Assembly: GCA_951406725.2 (NCBI GenBank)
Contig: OX597817.1
Location: 5,952,001-6,016,000 of the forward strand
Reading direction: 5' to 3'
Source of the DNA: Octopus vulgaris
Taxonomy: Eukaryota
DNA: 64,000 nt
Shown here: positions 38,035-51,697 of the stretch, one piece after another
Numbering within the stretch: position 1 is the first letter of the stretch
How the letters are laid out: each line of letters starts with the position of its first letter
Made by a program: the position numbers and the translations under genes
The notes under the pieces: generated by a model
Seen by the model: the letters and a program-made list of their open reading frames with translations, nothing else
Database searches by the model: none
What the model was told of the DNA's origin: nothing

Positions 38035-38155
38035 ATGTGTGTGTGTGTGTGTGTATGTATATATATATATATATATATGCATATATACATATAAATATAC
38101 ATACATGCATACATACATGTATACATACATACATGCATACATACATACATGCATG

Positions 38156-38208
<53 letters not shown>

Positions 38209-38221
38209 ATATATGTACGTA

Positions 38222-39468
38222 TTGGATCATCCCATAAATAATGTTTTTATACAATTTCTATTTTTAAAAATTAAGATAAGTTATTTTTTAATCTAAAATA
38301 TGCTCTACTTCATTTTCTACAATTCTCTTCCATCTATCTGGTAGTCTTGCAAGGCCCCTCCTCCAAAGTTCACTTGTCCGTGATGAAAAATACTCGTCCA
38401 GTACTGTTCTGACTTTGTGTATAGAATTCACATTTTTTCCGTCCAGTTGATTTTGAAGACTGCGGAATAAATGATAATTAGTTGTGGCAATATCCAGCAA
38501 ATATGGTGGGTAGGGTAGCGTTTCCTATTCAAACTGCTCCAGCTTTTGGAATGTCATGCCCGCTGTATATGGCCGAGCATTATCCCGATGGAAGAACACC
38601 TTTCATCTTGAAACCAAAAATGGTTGTTTTTCTTCTAGCGCTGACTAAGCTGCTCAAGCTGCTCGAAGTATATCTCCTTTGTTATCATTTGGTTTGGGTT
38701 TAAAATATCAAAGTGGACTAAACCTTTCCTATCCCACAAAACAGATTATAATATTTTACGTGGGTGAAGACTTTCTATAGCCTGGGCTGCCGGTGTTTCT
38801 CCTTTGCCTACCCACTGTCCTCGGCACTTGACATATTTATAGAGAACCCATTTCACGTCACCAGTCACTATTCGGTCCAAAACTGGTTCATTCGTGAGAC
38901 GTTACCACAAAGAAGAGCACACATTCAGTCTCTCTGCGCGACTAGACTCGGAAAGTTTGGGAGGAACCCATTTATCCAATTTGCTGACTTTTCCGATGGC
39001 TCGCAGGTGTCGATAAATGCTACTTTTTCAACAGTTATAATAGGGGTTTGTTCCACCAAGGTTTGCAAGGCGCCATCGTAAGCTCAACAGAAGTTCCAGG
39101 ACGAGGCTTGTCTTCTAGGCTGTAGTTTCCGGTTGGGAATTTCTGGAAACACTGTTGACACTGACTTACGCTTATTGTCTTATCCCCATATGCTGCATAA
39201 ATATTTCTTTCACTTTCCGTTGCGTTGTTGCCTTTATTGAACTCATAAAACAAAACATGCTCAATATGCTCCATTATAAATTCCATTATAGCTTTGAAAA
39301 AATAGCTGTTGAACTCGAACTGCACTCTTCAAAACTTGCACTAAGAATAAGTCAAGCTAAAATTACTACCTGCTTTTATAGCTAGCTGGTGCAGGTGGTT
39401 TATCCCGTACCCCTCCGACTTTTAGTTCATGCATTTGAAAAAACCTCATTATTTATGGGATGACCCAA
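38222..39468 (-). mobile_element. Full-length decayed mariner transposon
   Basis: TIRs TTGGATCATCCCATAAATAATG / CATTATTTATGGGATGACCCAA with TA/TG flanks; HTH (YEFNKGNNATE), DRIVTGDVKW, HRDNARP, PPYLLDIATTNYHLFRSL. Confidence 0.92.
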
Positions 39469-39499
39469 TGTAATATGTATGTACATACATATATATGTG

Positions 39500-39530
<31 letters not shown>

Positions 39531-39531
<1 letters not shown>

Positions 39532-39734
39532 CTCTTTTACTCTTTTACATGTTTCAGTCATTTGACTGCGGCCATGCTGGAGCTCCGCCTCCAGTCGAGC
39601 AAATCGACCCCGGGACTTATTCTTTGTAAGCCCAATACTTATTCTATCGGTCTCTTTTGCCGAACCGCTAAGTGACGGGGACGTAAACACACCAGCATCG
39701 GTTGTCAAGCAATGCTAGGGGGACAAACGCACAC

Positions 39735-39808
<74 letters not shown>

Positions 39809-40651
39809 GTGTGTGTGATTGTGTATAGAAGAATATATTAATAAAAAGAATTCCAACCTTGTCTGATTTTCACGTTTTATTTACAATCTTATAATGATAT
39901 ATTATAAGATAATATATTATAATTGAATAAAATAAAATGAAATAGTAGAATGTTAAATGTTCATTCTGATTGAACTAGTACTTTCATGCATTAAATTCTG
40001 CAATCTTCGGGTTCATGTAGTAGTGTTGACAGTCATGCTTCACAATTTTTGACTGTAGCAAGATGATTGATTCTGTGCTATAAATACAGCTGGGAGAGGC
40101 TACAGAGTGCTAGGTTTTGCAAACTGTATTCTGACCAATCAGTGTGTAGTATCACTCAATTACTTAAGCTGATTGGTTGGTTGAGCTGATTAGTTTAGGC
40201 ATCACGCTTTGTTGGACATGTCAAGAGTCCTGTATCTTGACCCTGGCCGAAGCAGCAATTGTTGAGTTATTTTTAGAAATGTTGAAAATATCCTTTGTCA
40301 GAGATTTTTATATTTTTATATTTCAATTGTCATCATCATCATTGTCAGCACCTTAATTATTGTTGCTAGTGGTGATGGTGGTGACAATAGAACTTTTAAC
40401 CCTAAATAAGATAATTTTCCTGCTATCTTCATCTTGATCACCTTTAGTATTGTTGTTGTTGTTAGTGGTCATGGTCGTAGCAGTGGAAGTAATACCTCTA
40501 AGTATTATTATTATTGCTTATTTAGCTTGGGTTCGAATTTATCAATAAAATTCTTTTCTCTGATTTTCCTCTCGATTTCACTCGGGCTGTGTAATTTGTA
40601 GAATGGAAATATTATATATATTTTCCGACCACATGTTGCTAGGTGGTTACT

Positions 40652-40712
<61 letters not shown>

Positions 40713-40882
40713 ACATATATACAACAGGCTTCTTTCAGTTTCCGTCTACCAAATCCACCAACAAGGCATTGGTCGGCCCGGAGCTATAGCAGAAGTCACT
40801 TGCCCAAGATGTCACGCAGTGGGACTGAACCCGGAACCATGTGGTTGGTAAGCAAGCTACTTACCACACACCCATTCCTGCA
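39531..40882 (-). mobile_element. SINE family B split into tail (39531-39730) and head (40721-40882) by ~0.85 kb within its (TA)n
   Basis: Both halves match the intact copy at 22337-22741 in the same order and orientation. Confidence 0.65.
39971..40015 (-). ncRNA. Minimal type I hammerhead ribozyme (U4C variant)
   Basis: TGAAC-CCGAAGA-T-TGCA-gaatttaa-TGCA-T-GAAA-GTAC-TA-GTTCA. Confidence 0.7.
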
Positions 40883-40975
40883 TATATATGTTAATTTCTT
40901 TAAATTTTCAAGTCACAGTCATTCATCAGGTGGTTTAAATATTTCTCTTGGCGAGGTTTTATTAAATATTTAAAC

Positions 40976-41039
40976 CACCTGATGAATGTCTGTGACTTGA
41001 AAATTTAAAGAAATTAACAGCCATGAAACGATCGTAGTG
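40976..41039 (+). ncRNA. Type I hammerhead ribozyme with canonical core, overlapping a 55-bp inverted repeat
   Basis: CAC-CTGATGA-ATGTCTGT...ACAGCCAT-GAAA-CGATCG-TA-GTG; arms 40890-40944 and 40964-41018 differ at one base. Confidence 0.78.
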
Positions 41040-42469
41040 ATATATTAATAATATTTTTTAATAATTTTGTTATATATTTAAATAATATAAATTAAATAAT
41101 CTTATGTATTGGCTTAAGTTTTTCATTGTATGATTTGCCTAATAGTGGTTTTGTATCTAATTTAATATAATATATTTTACTATAAAATTGGATTCAATTC
41201 TAAATCTGATTTTTCCCTGTAAGTTTGGATTTATTTCCTAATATTTATTATTAATATATATATTTATATATATATATATATTTATATATATATGTATGTA
41301 TATATATATATATATGTATATATATATGTATTTATATATGTATATATATATGTATATATATATATACATATATATACATACATATACTGATATAATATAC
41401 ATCTATATGTATGCATGTGTTCGTGTATATACATACACACTATCACTCACATATGCAGTAAAGAGATGCAAATTGAAATACTAACCACTCTAGCAACATA
41501 ATAATGCATTGCAAAAAAAATTATCGTTAATTGCTATATTTATGATAAAAATGTTATTTTACTATTATTAAAATTGCGAATGAAATCTATTCAGCATTTT
41601 GCTTACAGCTAAAACTGTAATTAATGCTTTTTAATATGTTATTTTCGTTGCTGTTTACTCTCAGGTCAGATGTGATCGACAGACCTATTACACAAAGTAT
41701 TCCACCATGACCACCACTACTTATATAGTTTATCTATGATAATGTTATCTATTATGGCTTTATATTTTCAAGATGGACGGGTGGGAAATGACAATTTGGC
41801 TGCTATTTAAAGTCAATTGAATAATTACTTGTTTTCTTATGTTGTCCAAAGGCTTAGAATAAATAATTATAGATATAAATGTTTTGAATATACAAATATA
41901 TAATTAGTACTGATGTAATTATTCATAAATATTAAATAACTAGTTTCGATTGTTTAAATATTCACCTAGATTCAAGTTCCCTGACGCCTCAGAAATGATT
42001 TATAAATGAAATAAATAAATATAAATTCACATATATTAAGTGATTGTTAAATATGCATCAATATGTTATCGTGCATTTATAATTTGCTTGCAGAACATCA
42101 ATTCTACTAAATAGCACTGTACTAAACAAGAACGTCATAGTTCTGTTATAGGAATCTGTGATACGTCCGTGAGAAAAAGTAGTTTCTGAAAGATAGCAAC
42201 ATTATTCTGGAACGAATAGATAGCACTTTCAGAAGGGTTTCTACAGAATTCCCAAAAAGAAGAGAGCACAAATTCAGAATGATCACAATAAAATTGCATA
42301 TTTAGTAGAAGTCAACACCTTCATTATGGTGGTAACGAAATTCCGGAATCGTGGTAACCGAACACAAAAATAGCGACAATATGATCCATAGAGGTGAGTA
42401 GATGGTTTTTGGGTTAACATGAAGGAATGTGAAAGCTTATAGTACCGCAATAGTATTAAACTTATAATA

Positions 42470-43793
42470 CGAGGCTAGAATGAAAAGTTCGTTGGCTGAA
42501 TACGAAGGAATGTTGCTAGAGTAGAACTGTGAAATCTTGCATTCATTAATCTCAACCCTTCTTATTAATAACTGTGTTGTTTTTTCCTGGTAAATTGATA
42601 TCTGACTATTCAAAGAAGACTTCAAAAGTAACTAGTAGGGACCTCTCTTGAAAATGGACTACATTTGGTATCGTGGTGTTATCAAGTACTTACAGATAAA
42701 AGGGTTTAGCTTCCAACGGCATTCAAGATGACATCGCTACTACATTAGAAAATGACACTGCAGCTCTATTAACGGTACACAAGTGAGCAGCTGCATTTAG
42801 AAGGGAGAGTCTTGGAGATGACCCCAGGCACAGACGTCTTACAATTGTCACCACCGAGGAATACATTGATTGTGTTCAGCACATGCTGATGGATGACCGC
42901 TGATTGGCTAATCAAATAGCCAAATTTTTCCCGTATTCCGTGAAAGAGTTGAGAATATTCAGCACAATGGACTTAGCATGACGAAGGTTTCTGCTCGTTG
43001 AGTGCCACGTCTTCTGACACCTAATCAAAAACACATCAGGCTGATAACATCACGGGGAGATCTAACATTGTTTGAGGCAAATCCAGCTGGTTTCTATGAC
43101 CGTTTCCTAAGTCAGGATGAGTGTTGGCTTCATCAAGATCCAGCTGGTTTCTTTGACCGTTTCCTAAGTCAGGATGAGTGTTGGCTTCATCACTTTGAAC
43201 TAGAGACAAAGAGACAATCCATGCAGTGAAAACACTCCTCTTCACTTGCACGAAAGAAGGTCAAGGTTATTTAATCTGCAGGGAAGTTGACAGCCTCAGT
43301 TGTTTTGGATGCAATAGGCATTGTGTTTATTGACTATCTCCAAAAGTGCCACATCATCAATGAAGAGTAATATGCCACCTTGCTGAAGTAGTTACAAAAG
43401 GCTATCAAGACCAAAAGCCCAGAAAAACTGATCTTATTCCAGCAGGACAATGCACCATCACACAAGACCTTGGTTTCAATGGCTGTTATGCGCGGCTTTG
43501 TTTTAAACTGTTTAAACACCATCCTGTTCTCCTGATTTGGCTTCATCTGATTATATCTGTTCCCCAAAAGGAAAAAAAAACCCCACTTGACAGGGATCCA
43601 GTGTCGCAGTGACGATGACGTCATATATGATGCTGATGACGTTTAGATGAAAGCTTTTTCTCCAATAGGATCTGAACACTGCAACAGCGATGGAAGAAAT
43701 GTGTGGACTACAACACATTGAAATATATACCTTATTTGGTCACACTGAACGAGAATATTTTGGTCAGCCTATTAACTGTTCAGTCGACCCTCT
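42470..43793 (+). mobile_element. Full-length decayed mariner transposon (second family)
   Basis: TA-flanked diverged TIRs (CGAGGCTAGAATGAAAAGTT.. / ..AACTGTTCAGTCGACCCTCT); YRGVIKYL, *VPRLLT, SQDECWLHH, QQDNAPSH, PDLASSDY. Confidence 0.9.
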
Positions 43794-43856
43794 TATTTGG
43801 ATTTATTCTTGTTTATTTAAGTGAGTCCAGGTAATTAATTTTAGCGAAATACTCAC

Positions 43857-43912
43857 GTCTCAAATACTCGCAACTTGGTATATATGCAGACGAGTTCTTG
43901 AAAATCGTTTAA
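43857..43912 (-). CDS. Weak candidate exon (56 bp)
   Basis: TTAATAG acceptor, GTGAGT donor, frame LNDFQELVCIYTKLRVFE. Confidence 0.2.
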
Positions 43913-45801
43913 CTATTAAGTGATATGTCAAAATTATATTTCAATACATTGTTAAATTTATATTGTCAACAATCAATTTAATTATAATTTATGTTGTCAA
44001 CAACGGATATTAGGAAAGGTTAATTGAAGACAACTTGCACTGATGACAACCAGCAAAATATCAAAACAAAAAAATGATGCCAAAACATGACAATATAGTA
44101 ACGGCTCCACAAGTACATATACCTATACACACTAACATACATTCATACATCTATAGAAGAAACAAACACATTATATGTACACGCTACACTTATTCTCTCT
44201 CTTACTCTCTCACAAACACGCGCACGCACACACACACACATACACTTCAGCATATGACGGGAACTGAATCAAATTGTTAACTCTGAAAGCGGAAACAGAT
44301 GCATATCTATTAATGGATGTCATGCATCTGCCAATCAAAGTTTTATTCATGTGGTCCCGGGATAAAACATGAAGTAAAAGTTGCTAAAAGTCACCGTATC
44401 GAAAGTCTAACGGCTGCCCAACAACAGCCTGCACAAACTGCCGGTGAACTATTAAAATGCAACATCAATTTGTATAGTTGTTTTTAAAGCAGCCAGTCAA
44501 TTTAGACTCAGTAGCTAAGACACTGTAGGAAGACGAAGACAAGGAACCGTTGTCAAATATTCACGCAGGAAATCACACGCAAACACACAAAGCACATAGA
44601 AAAACCTGCCAGTGCATTGGGGAATCCACATGAAAAGACGAGGCAGTGAGAGAAAGAGATGGAGAACGGGAGAGATAAGAAGATGGAAAGATAACGAATT
44701 GTCCATTATAACGAGAAAACACTTAGTTTTATAGGATCGCTTATCACTGGAGAGTCAACACCATTCTGCAGTCTTAATGTAAGCTGACACGTACATTGGT
44801 ACTATCACATATACATATATGCACATATACACGCATAGCAATTACCCAAGTTGACATTTGACTAAACATAGATATCGATGTGTGTGTGTGTGTGTGTGTG
44901 TTTGTATGTGTATGCGTATGGGCATGTGTGTTAACATATTTACGCATAAACGCCACGCCCACGTACGTGTACTTGCATTTTTATTCTTTCACGTGTATCA
45001 ACCCATTAGATGTGGCTATGCTGGAGTATCGTGTTGAACGGATGAGTCGATCAAATTAACCTCAGCGCTTATTTTATGTCCTATACTTATTATATCGGTA
45101 TTCTTTTCTTGAACATATAATAAGTTTAGGGTCACAGTCAAACCTGTTTTGATTGTCAAACATTAAAAGTTCCAACACAAAAACTCACACACCAATGTGC
45201 ACAAAATCTGCCCACATCCGCTGTACACATACTTATATACGGCGGATTTCTTCACTGGTTCGGTTCACGAATATCCTTCACAAGGCAGTTGATGGTCCGC
45301 AGAGCTGTACAAGACAATTGCACAATTGCCGTGCAGTTAAACTGAACTCATAATCACAAGGTTACGAAGTTCTGATTCCTCGCTCTCTTTCCCACACTCT
45401 CTTAATATGTGTGTGTGTGTGTGTGCATTCATTTATCTATTAATATTTAGTAGAAGTGATGGAGTGACTCAACAGCTAAGAATTTCGTGTGGTGGCATTT
45501 ATCCCCATACCTCTGTGTGTGTGTGTGTATGTGTTTGTGCGTATGTTAGTGTGTGTGTGTATGTGTGTTAATATGTGTGTGCGTGTGCGCACAAATATAC
45601 AAATGTTTATGTTATAATAAAAACAATTTTACATTAATCAGAGTGGTTACACTATACTAGTTCAAATTTATACTTAAACTTGACAGAGACTTCAAAGTTT
45701 CGGCTGATATCCATCTACCTATCTATATAGATCGATAGATAAATAAATATTACACACACAAACACAAACGTACACATTAGCTAGCTAGCTAGCTAGCTAG
45801 C

Positions 45802-45856
<55 letters not shown>

Positions 45857-46699
45857 GTGTTCCCGATTGTGGGGACGAGAAAAATCAGAATCTTATAAAA
45901 GACCCAGCTAAAGTTAGGCATGTGCTATGATTTATATATTGCGAAGAATGTGCGGAATTGTTGAACGATGACTTTAGGTGTGTATTGTAGCATTACATGT
46001 ATTCCAGCGTTTTCTTAGAAATGCAATACCATCAATTTAGATACCATGAGTTGCAAACTATAAACTTAGTAAACCATAAACTCACCCGTAGAATTCCAAC
46101 CGAACAATATATTTCAGCGCACTAGTCCAAACATATCTAAATATATTTCAATCACGAAAAAGTGTTCAATACAGCAGTTTAGTTCCAGCTACAATACAAG
46201 AAACACAATTCAATACAAAATGTATCTAAAAATACTATTACTCACATGCTCGCATATTTCAAATCTCAACCACACTGACTCTAGATTTCCCCCTTATTCT
46301 CACAGTCACGAACGGCTCAGGTAAGCTAGAAACATAAAGTAGATGTCGATTTGGTTTAATGCAAAATGATTTTTTCTTTTTACTCTGCGTATCGAGGTCA
46401 ATCGTAGTTAAAGTCTGTACTATATTTAAAATGCTACTAATAAATTTATATATATATATATATCAGTTACATTTACTTTAATTGAACTTATTGTACTTTT
46501 CCCTTCAAGAAATAAACCACTCATGGAATTAAAAAATTCTTCTTATTGAATGTGGAAAATACAGTGTCCCAGGGAATCCCACATTTTTAAAAATTTGGCA
46601 CCGCAAAAATATAGCATTAGATGTATGATATTAAGCGCTACAGGTAACTAAAGATTATGTGACATACCTTTTGTACACATTAACTTTCGCTTGCTGAAC

Positions 46700-47690
46700 A
46701 CGGTCAACGTTATCGTGTTTTGATATACGATGTTTTATGTTTAATTAACAGCATGATAAAAGTTACTCTAGCGGATATGAGCATCCTGGTCTTGAGCATC
46801 ATACAGTAAATTGTCCATGAACTAAGTTCTTGAGATGCAGTCCAGTAACTTTAAAAAAAATTTTCTTTGGATTTATTGGTTTAAATGGCAAAGCTTATGT
46901 ATTCTAGAGGCTGACGATATCTAAATGGAAAAGACGCTTCTATAGGTGTGTGCAAAGGTATCTGTACGGTTACATTATCTCCTTTACTCTTTTCGTTGAG
47001 AAGTTGTTACGACGATAGGAGAGTTTCTTTTTAACCATTTGTCTAGTGTTGAACCACTTCATTGCCGCAGCTGAGATAGGTTGTGCGGCAGCATTATTCA
47101 GTTTTTATCATTTTTACCTGAGGACTCATATGGCAGTGACCTGAAAGTTCTAATGAGTTTTAAAATTTCTGCTAAATAGCGAACTATTAGTTGCTCGTCG
47201 AAAAAAGTGTCTCTCATTGGACGAGATGAGTAGTCCATACCATAGGTGACAGTTCAATGATGTCCCAAATATTTATTTTTCACACAGCAACTTGTATGTT
47301 AGTCAATGATGTTACAAGTCGAGGAATTCGTCTACTCTTTTAAAAATTGCACTCATAGAGCTCATGTGCCAGTTATCCCTCCAACTAGAACGGCATTTGT
47401 AACAAAATGACTAGACGGTTGATCTCCAAAACATTTATTTTCATGTTTGTGAAGAGTTTGAAGATTTTCTCAAATGGAATGACAATTCATGTTATGTACA
47501 GATTTCATCACCGTTTTAGTGACCAATGGTGGGTTCTTAAGTCACGCAACAGCACAGTTGCCACGGTTTCCATTCCAAACCTATTTTGGAATGGAATCAC
47601 GTACTGCAATGTCCTCTCCTTGGCCTTCAGAGCACTCCCGTATGCTTTTGTAAATTTATCCTCGGCAATTAACTTACCACACATTAAAAT
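46700..47690 (-). pseudogene. Helitron Pif1-family helicase C-terminal relic
   Basis: ERTLQ..FG..VLL, SFAI*TNKSK (cf. AFAMTINKSQGQ), HGQFTV*CSR (cf. HGQLYVACSR) and an NIVY motif, in the expected order. Confidence 0.75.
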
Positions 47691-48844
47691 CTTGTCCGGT
47701 TCCCAAATACTTGCGACTGTGAGAATAAGGGGGAAATCTAGAGTCTACATTTTGGAGAGTCAGTGTGGTTGAGATTTGAAATATGTGAGCATGTGAGTAA
47801 TAGTATTTTTAGATACATATTGTATTGAATTGTGTTTCTTGTATTGTAGCTGGAACTAAACTGCTGTATTGAACACTGTTCGCGAACAGATGAATCAGTT
47901 TTGCCGTTTATAACATCCTTTACCGTTTATAGCATCCAGCCAATGAGGAGTACATTGTAGACTTCCATTCTGTATCTTATTTCAGCAGGGTCCATGAGAT
48001 CTTCCACAATATGGTCAGGATAACCGGGCCAAAGCAGAAGCAGATTGTATAGTGTACATTAGATTAACAACGTGGAGAAATGAACATTAAAGCTTTGATC
48101 ATCTGTCTCTCAAATACAAATACAATCCAAATACAAAATAAATCTTTCTCTGTAAATACCATTGGCTTCGCAACTTTCTATTTGAATAGATTGAAATGAA
48201 CTTGAACCCTGCACTTTAAGGAGTCTTAGGTGGACCATTCATGTTAGCTTATGTGCGCAATATATTCCCTTCCATTAATGCAGTCACAACTTATGTCCAG
48301 TCACGCTTCCAAAGGGGTGTCTTTCATTCGTTGTCTGCATTGATTGTTGTCATGCAGATGGAACATGAAAGTAGAATAATGTTTTTGAATAGGAATTATA
48401 TTTATAGCTAGAAAAGAGGCATCAGGAATTGTATTTCTTGGATTTTGTGCTTAACGTGCAGCTATTTCTCAAGAAAAGTAATTTCGCTTATTATTTTCCA
48501 GGCGCACTGCAATTTAGTGAAGACCAGAATATCTGCATGAATGCAAAATACGCAAAAAGCGTCAGAAATCCTCATTGCTGATAATGCAGTTTTCGTTTTT
48601 GAATTAGGTAAGCATTTTGAAAGTGTTTTACTGTGCTAGAATAAACACAGTATAGATAGAATTAATGATAATTCTTGAAATACACAATTCGAAATTGATT
48701 TGGGGTTACATGGTTGGTCAGGTATTGTCAGTAAGGAATGAATCATAAATTGTGAATTTCAAGATTTAGAAGCTTCCATTCTCTCTCTCTCCTTCCCCCC
48801 TTCTCTCTCTCTCTCTACATTTCCGTATACATATAAAACGTACA

Positions 48845-48926
<82 letters not shown>

Positions 48927-48939
48927 TATATATGAGTCT

Positions 48940-49150
48940 TTCATGCACACTATCAGTCGCACACAAAGCTTCACTTACTAGCTATGCCGATGACGCAAAG
49001 GTAGTACAAGCTGTTAAGGAACCTTCTGATACTAATTTTCTACAGAAAGGTTTAGATGTCATGCTCAAGAAACCAACATGCAATTTAATGCAGATAAATT
49101 CCATGCCCTTCGCTACCAGCTATTTGGTGCTCAGAAACAGCAACAATAAT
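48940..49150 (+). mobile_element. CR1/L2-group RT fragment
   Basis: SLTSYADDAKVVQAV..D..FLQKGLD and NMQFNADKFHAL. Confidence 0.8.
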
Positions 49151-49151
49151 A

Positions 49152-50172
49152 CTTTAGACCTGAATAAATGGAAATCCGAAGGAGCAATATCTGGTGAATA
49201 TGGAGGAGCACATCCCAGCCGAGCTGCAACAATTTTTCTCTGGTTTCCAAAGAAATGTGTGGTCTTGCATTATCATATTAGAAAACAACACCCTTCCTGT
49301 TCGCAAATTCTGGATGTTTCTCTTGAATTGCTGCTTTTAACTCGTCCAGTTGTGTGCAGTATTTCTCAATTAATTGTCTGATTACTTATGAGAAGCTCAT
49401 AGTACATAATTCCTTTCCAATCCCACCAGATACGAAGCAAGACTTTTTAAGAGTGAAGATGCGCTTTTGGGGTGGCTAAGGGTGGCTCATGTCACTTACT
49501 CCAGGATCGCTTTCTCTGAACATTTCGGTAGATAATCCATTTCTCATTACTTGTCACAATTTGCTTTAAAAAAGGCGCGTTTTCATTCCGTTTATAAAGC
49601 GAATCACAGATGGAAATGCGATCTAAAAGGTTCTTCTCACTCAACTCATGTGGTACCCAAACATCGTAGCGATTTGTGTACTCAAGCTTTACCAGGTGCT
49701 CACGAACGACGAATTTTCATAGGTTGAGGCTTTCTGCCAATTCTCGGGTTGTGCAATGTGGGTTATTCTCGATTAATGACTTGATTCTGTCATCATCTGT
49801 AGTGGATGGTCTGCCTGATCGCTCTTTGTCAATAAGTCTACAATCTCCAGCTCGGAACCTTGTGAACCACTTCCGTACAGTTCTTTCGGATACAGAAACA
49901 CCACCATAAACTGAGCATATTTCTTTGGTTGTTTGTGAGGCATTTTTCCCTTTACGGAAAAAGAAAAGAATCAAGTGTCGAAAATGAACTTTCTTATCCT
50001 CCATTTTAAAGGGTTACAAAATTAACACAGGTTACCATAACATAAACCTTCTTCCACGAAAACTTAGCTTAAACTGTGCTGTAAATGGAAGTGTTGTCAC
50101 ATCCTATTTTATGGACTCAACCATGTTCTAAAATAAGTCGAAAGTTAAGCACAAACTTTCCGGACAACCCAA
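49152..50172 (-). mobile_element. Mariner transposon, 3'-truncated (third family)
   Basis: TA-TTGGGTTGTCCGGAAAGTT terminus; MEDKKVHFRH HTH (ORF 49717-50004), WVPHEL, YDNARPH, PPYSPDIAPSDFHLFRS. Confidence 0.92.
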
Positions 50173-51566
50173 TATTAATAACTATGTAAGACTGGTGGAA
50201 ATATTATCTGTATGGATTTCAAGGGCTAGGTTGCTATTTAGTTAGATAATTTAGGAGTTAGTTATAGGTTTACCTATAGAATTATTAATTTACCGATACT
50301 GATTTCGTATATAAGGTTAATATGCTTTCTTTTTTGTAACTTAATTAATAAGGTTAGTGTTTAATCCTTCCTAGAATTAAGATCGAATGAATGTGGTGAT
50401 ATCTAAGGTATGTCTATTCCCAAACAACATTTTTTCTAGTGCTGTTGACACCACCGGATTGAATGGTACTGACCAGGTGTCGAAACCATAGTGATATTCG
50501 TGGGGCAGCTGATGATGGAGGAGCGTTGGATTGTTTGTATGGCTGCTATTGTATATGCGGAATAATTTTATATCAATATGATATATATATATTCGTGTGT
50601 GTATATATACATACATTTGTGTGTATGTATATGTGTGTAGTACAAGCAAAATTTGAAGATAATAAAAAATGTATAGAAACGTATCGGTATCCATAAGTAT
50701 AGTAGAATAACAATGATCTACTGAAGAAAAATCTGATAAGAAAATAAAAAAGGCAAAAGCGAGAGTTTGATGCTGTCAATTTCGAATCTCTTATATGACT
50801 GATAAATGGATGTTGGTTCTATAAAGTACACTCAATAAGCACCTTATTCATCATATACGAGATGTCCTGAGCATAGAAATAAAGAATAGTATGTATTTTA
50901 TGAGCTGAGAAATTAGCAATTGATGTATGATTTTATAAACGGTGACTGTGTTCCAAGACACAGATGTTAACTTATATTCACACATATCAATGAGAGAATA
51001 TTTAGTGTATTCAGATGTAACCCCAATATCAAGTGGGGCAATTTATACAAAGCAAGTGTGACTTCCTTATAAGTTGTGGTTTAGCATAAGCAACACCCAT
51101 GAAGGTACAACTGATTATATGTTTCTGTTTTCAATTATTCTGTCTAATTTAGACATTATCAATTTCAAATCACATGATGCAATATACGTTCTTTCCTTTT
51201 ATTTTTTTATTATCGAAAAGTACGTGGTAAAAACTTGAGAGAAATTCGGCTGTTATATCTTGAAGTTCGAGAAACCACATTCAAGCTATGTCATAGTCTT
51301 TCTTGGAAGTCTAAAGGCTAGCCATGTATTACAAGAGCAGCAACAAGTAAAATCTGTGTGTTAATTGCTGATATATTGATACATTACTACAGAAAATTAC
51401 ACGACGGGTGGAAAACGACTAAGAAATAATTGCTTTTAAGTGATTTCTGTGTGATTTATTCATTTAAGTAAGATAAAATGTGATGATATCTACAGTGTCC
51501 GTGATATAAATGTATTTCTCTCTACTGGTACACACTCTTTTCCAATAGATTTGTCCCCAAACTGAA

Positions 51567-51697
51567 TTCTTCTCCTCCTTCTTCTTCTTCTTCTTCTTCT
51601 TCTTCTTCTTCTTCTTCTTCTTCTTCTTCTTCTTCTTCTTCTTCTTCTTCTTCTTCTTCTTCTCCTTATTCTTCTTCTTCTTCTTCTTCCTCCTCCT
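51567..51697. repeat. (CTT)n microsatellite
   Basis: Read directly. Confidence 0.97.

Noticed and set aside
39545-39580. SINE B tail hairpin + GAAAC as a hammerhead
   Set aside because: No CUGANGA-like core upstream; better explained as a LINE-type 3' recognition hairpin
50435-50520. CTGTTGACACC...GGTGTCGAAAC followed by CTGATGA
   Set aside because: Neither a type I nor a type II arrangement closes stems I and III
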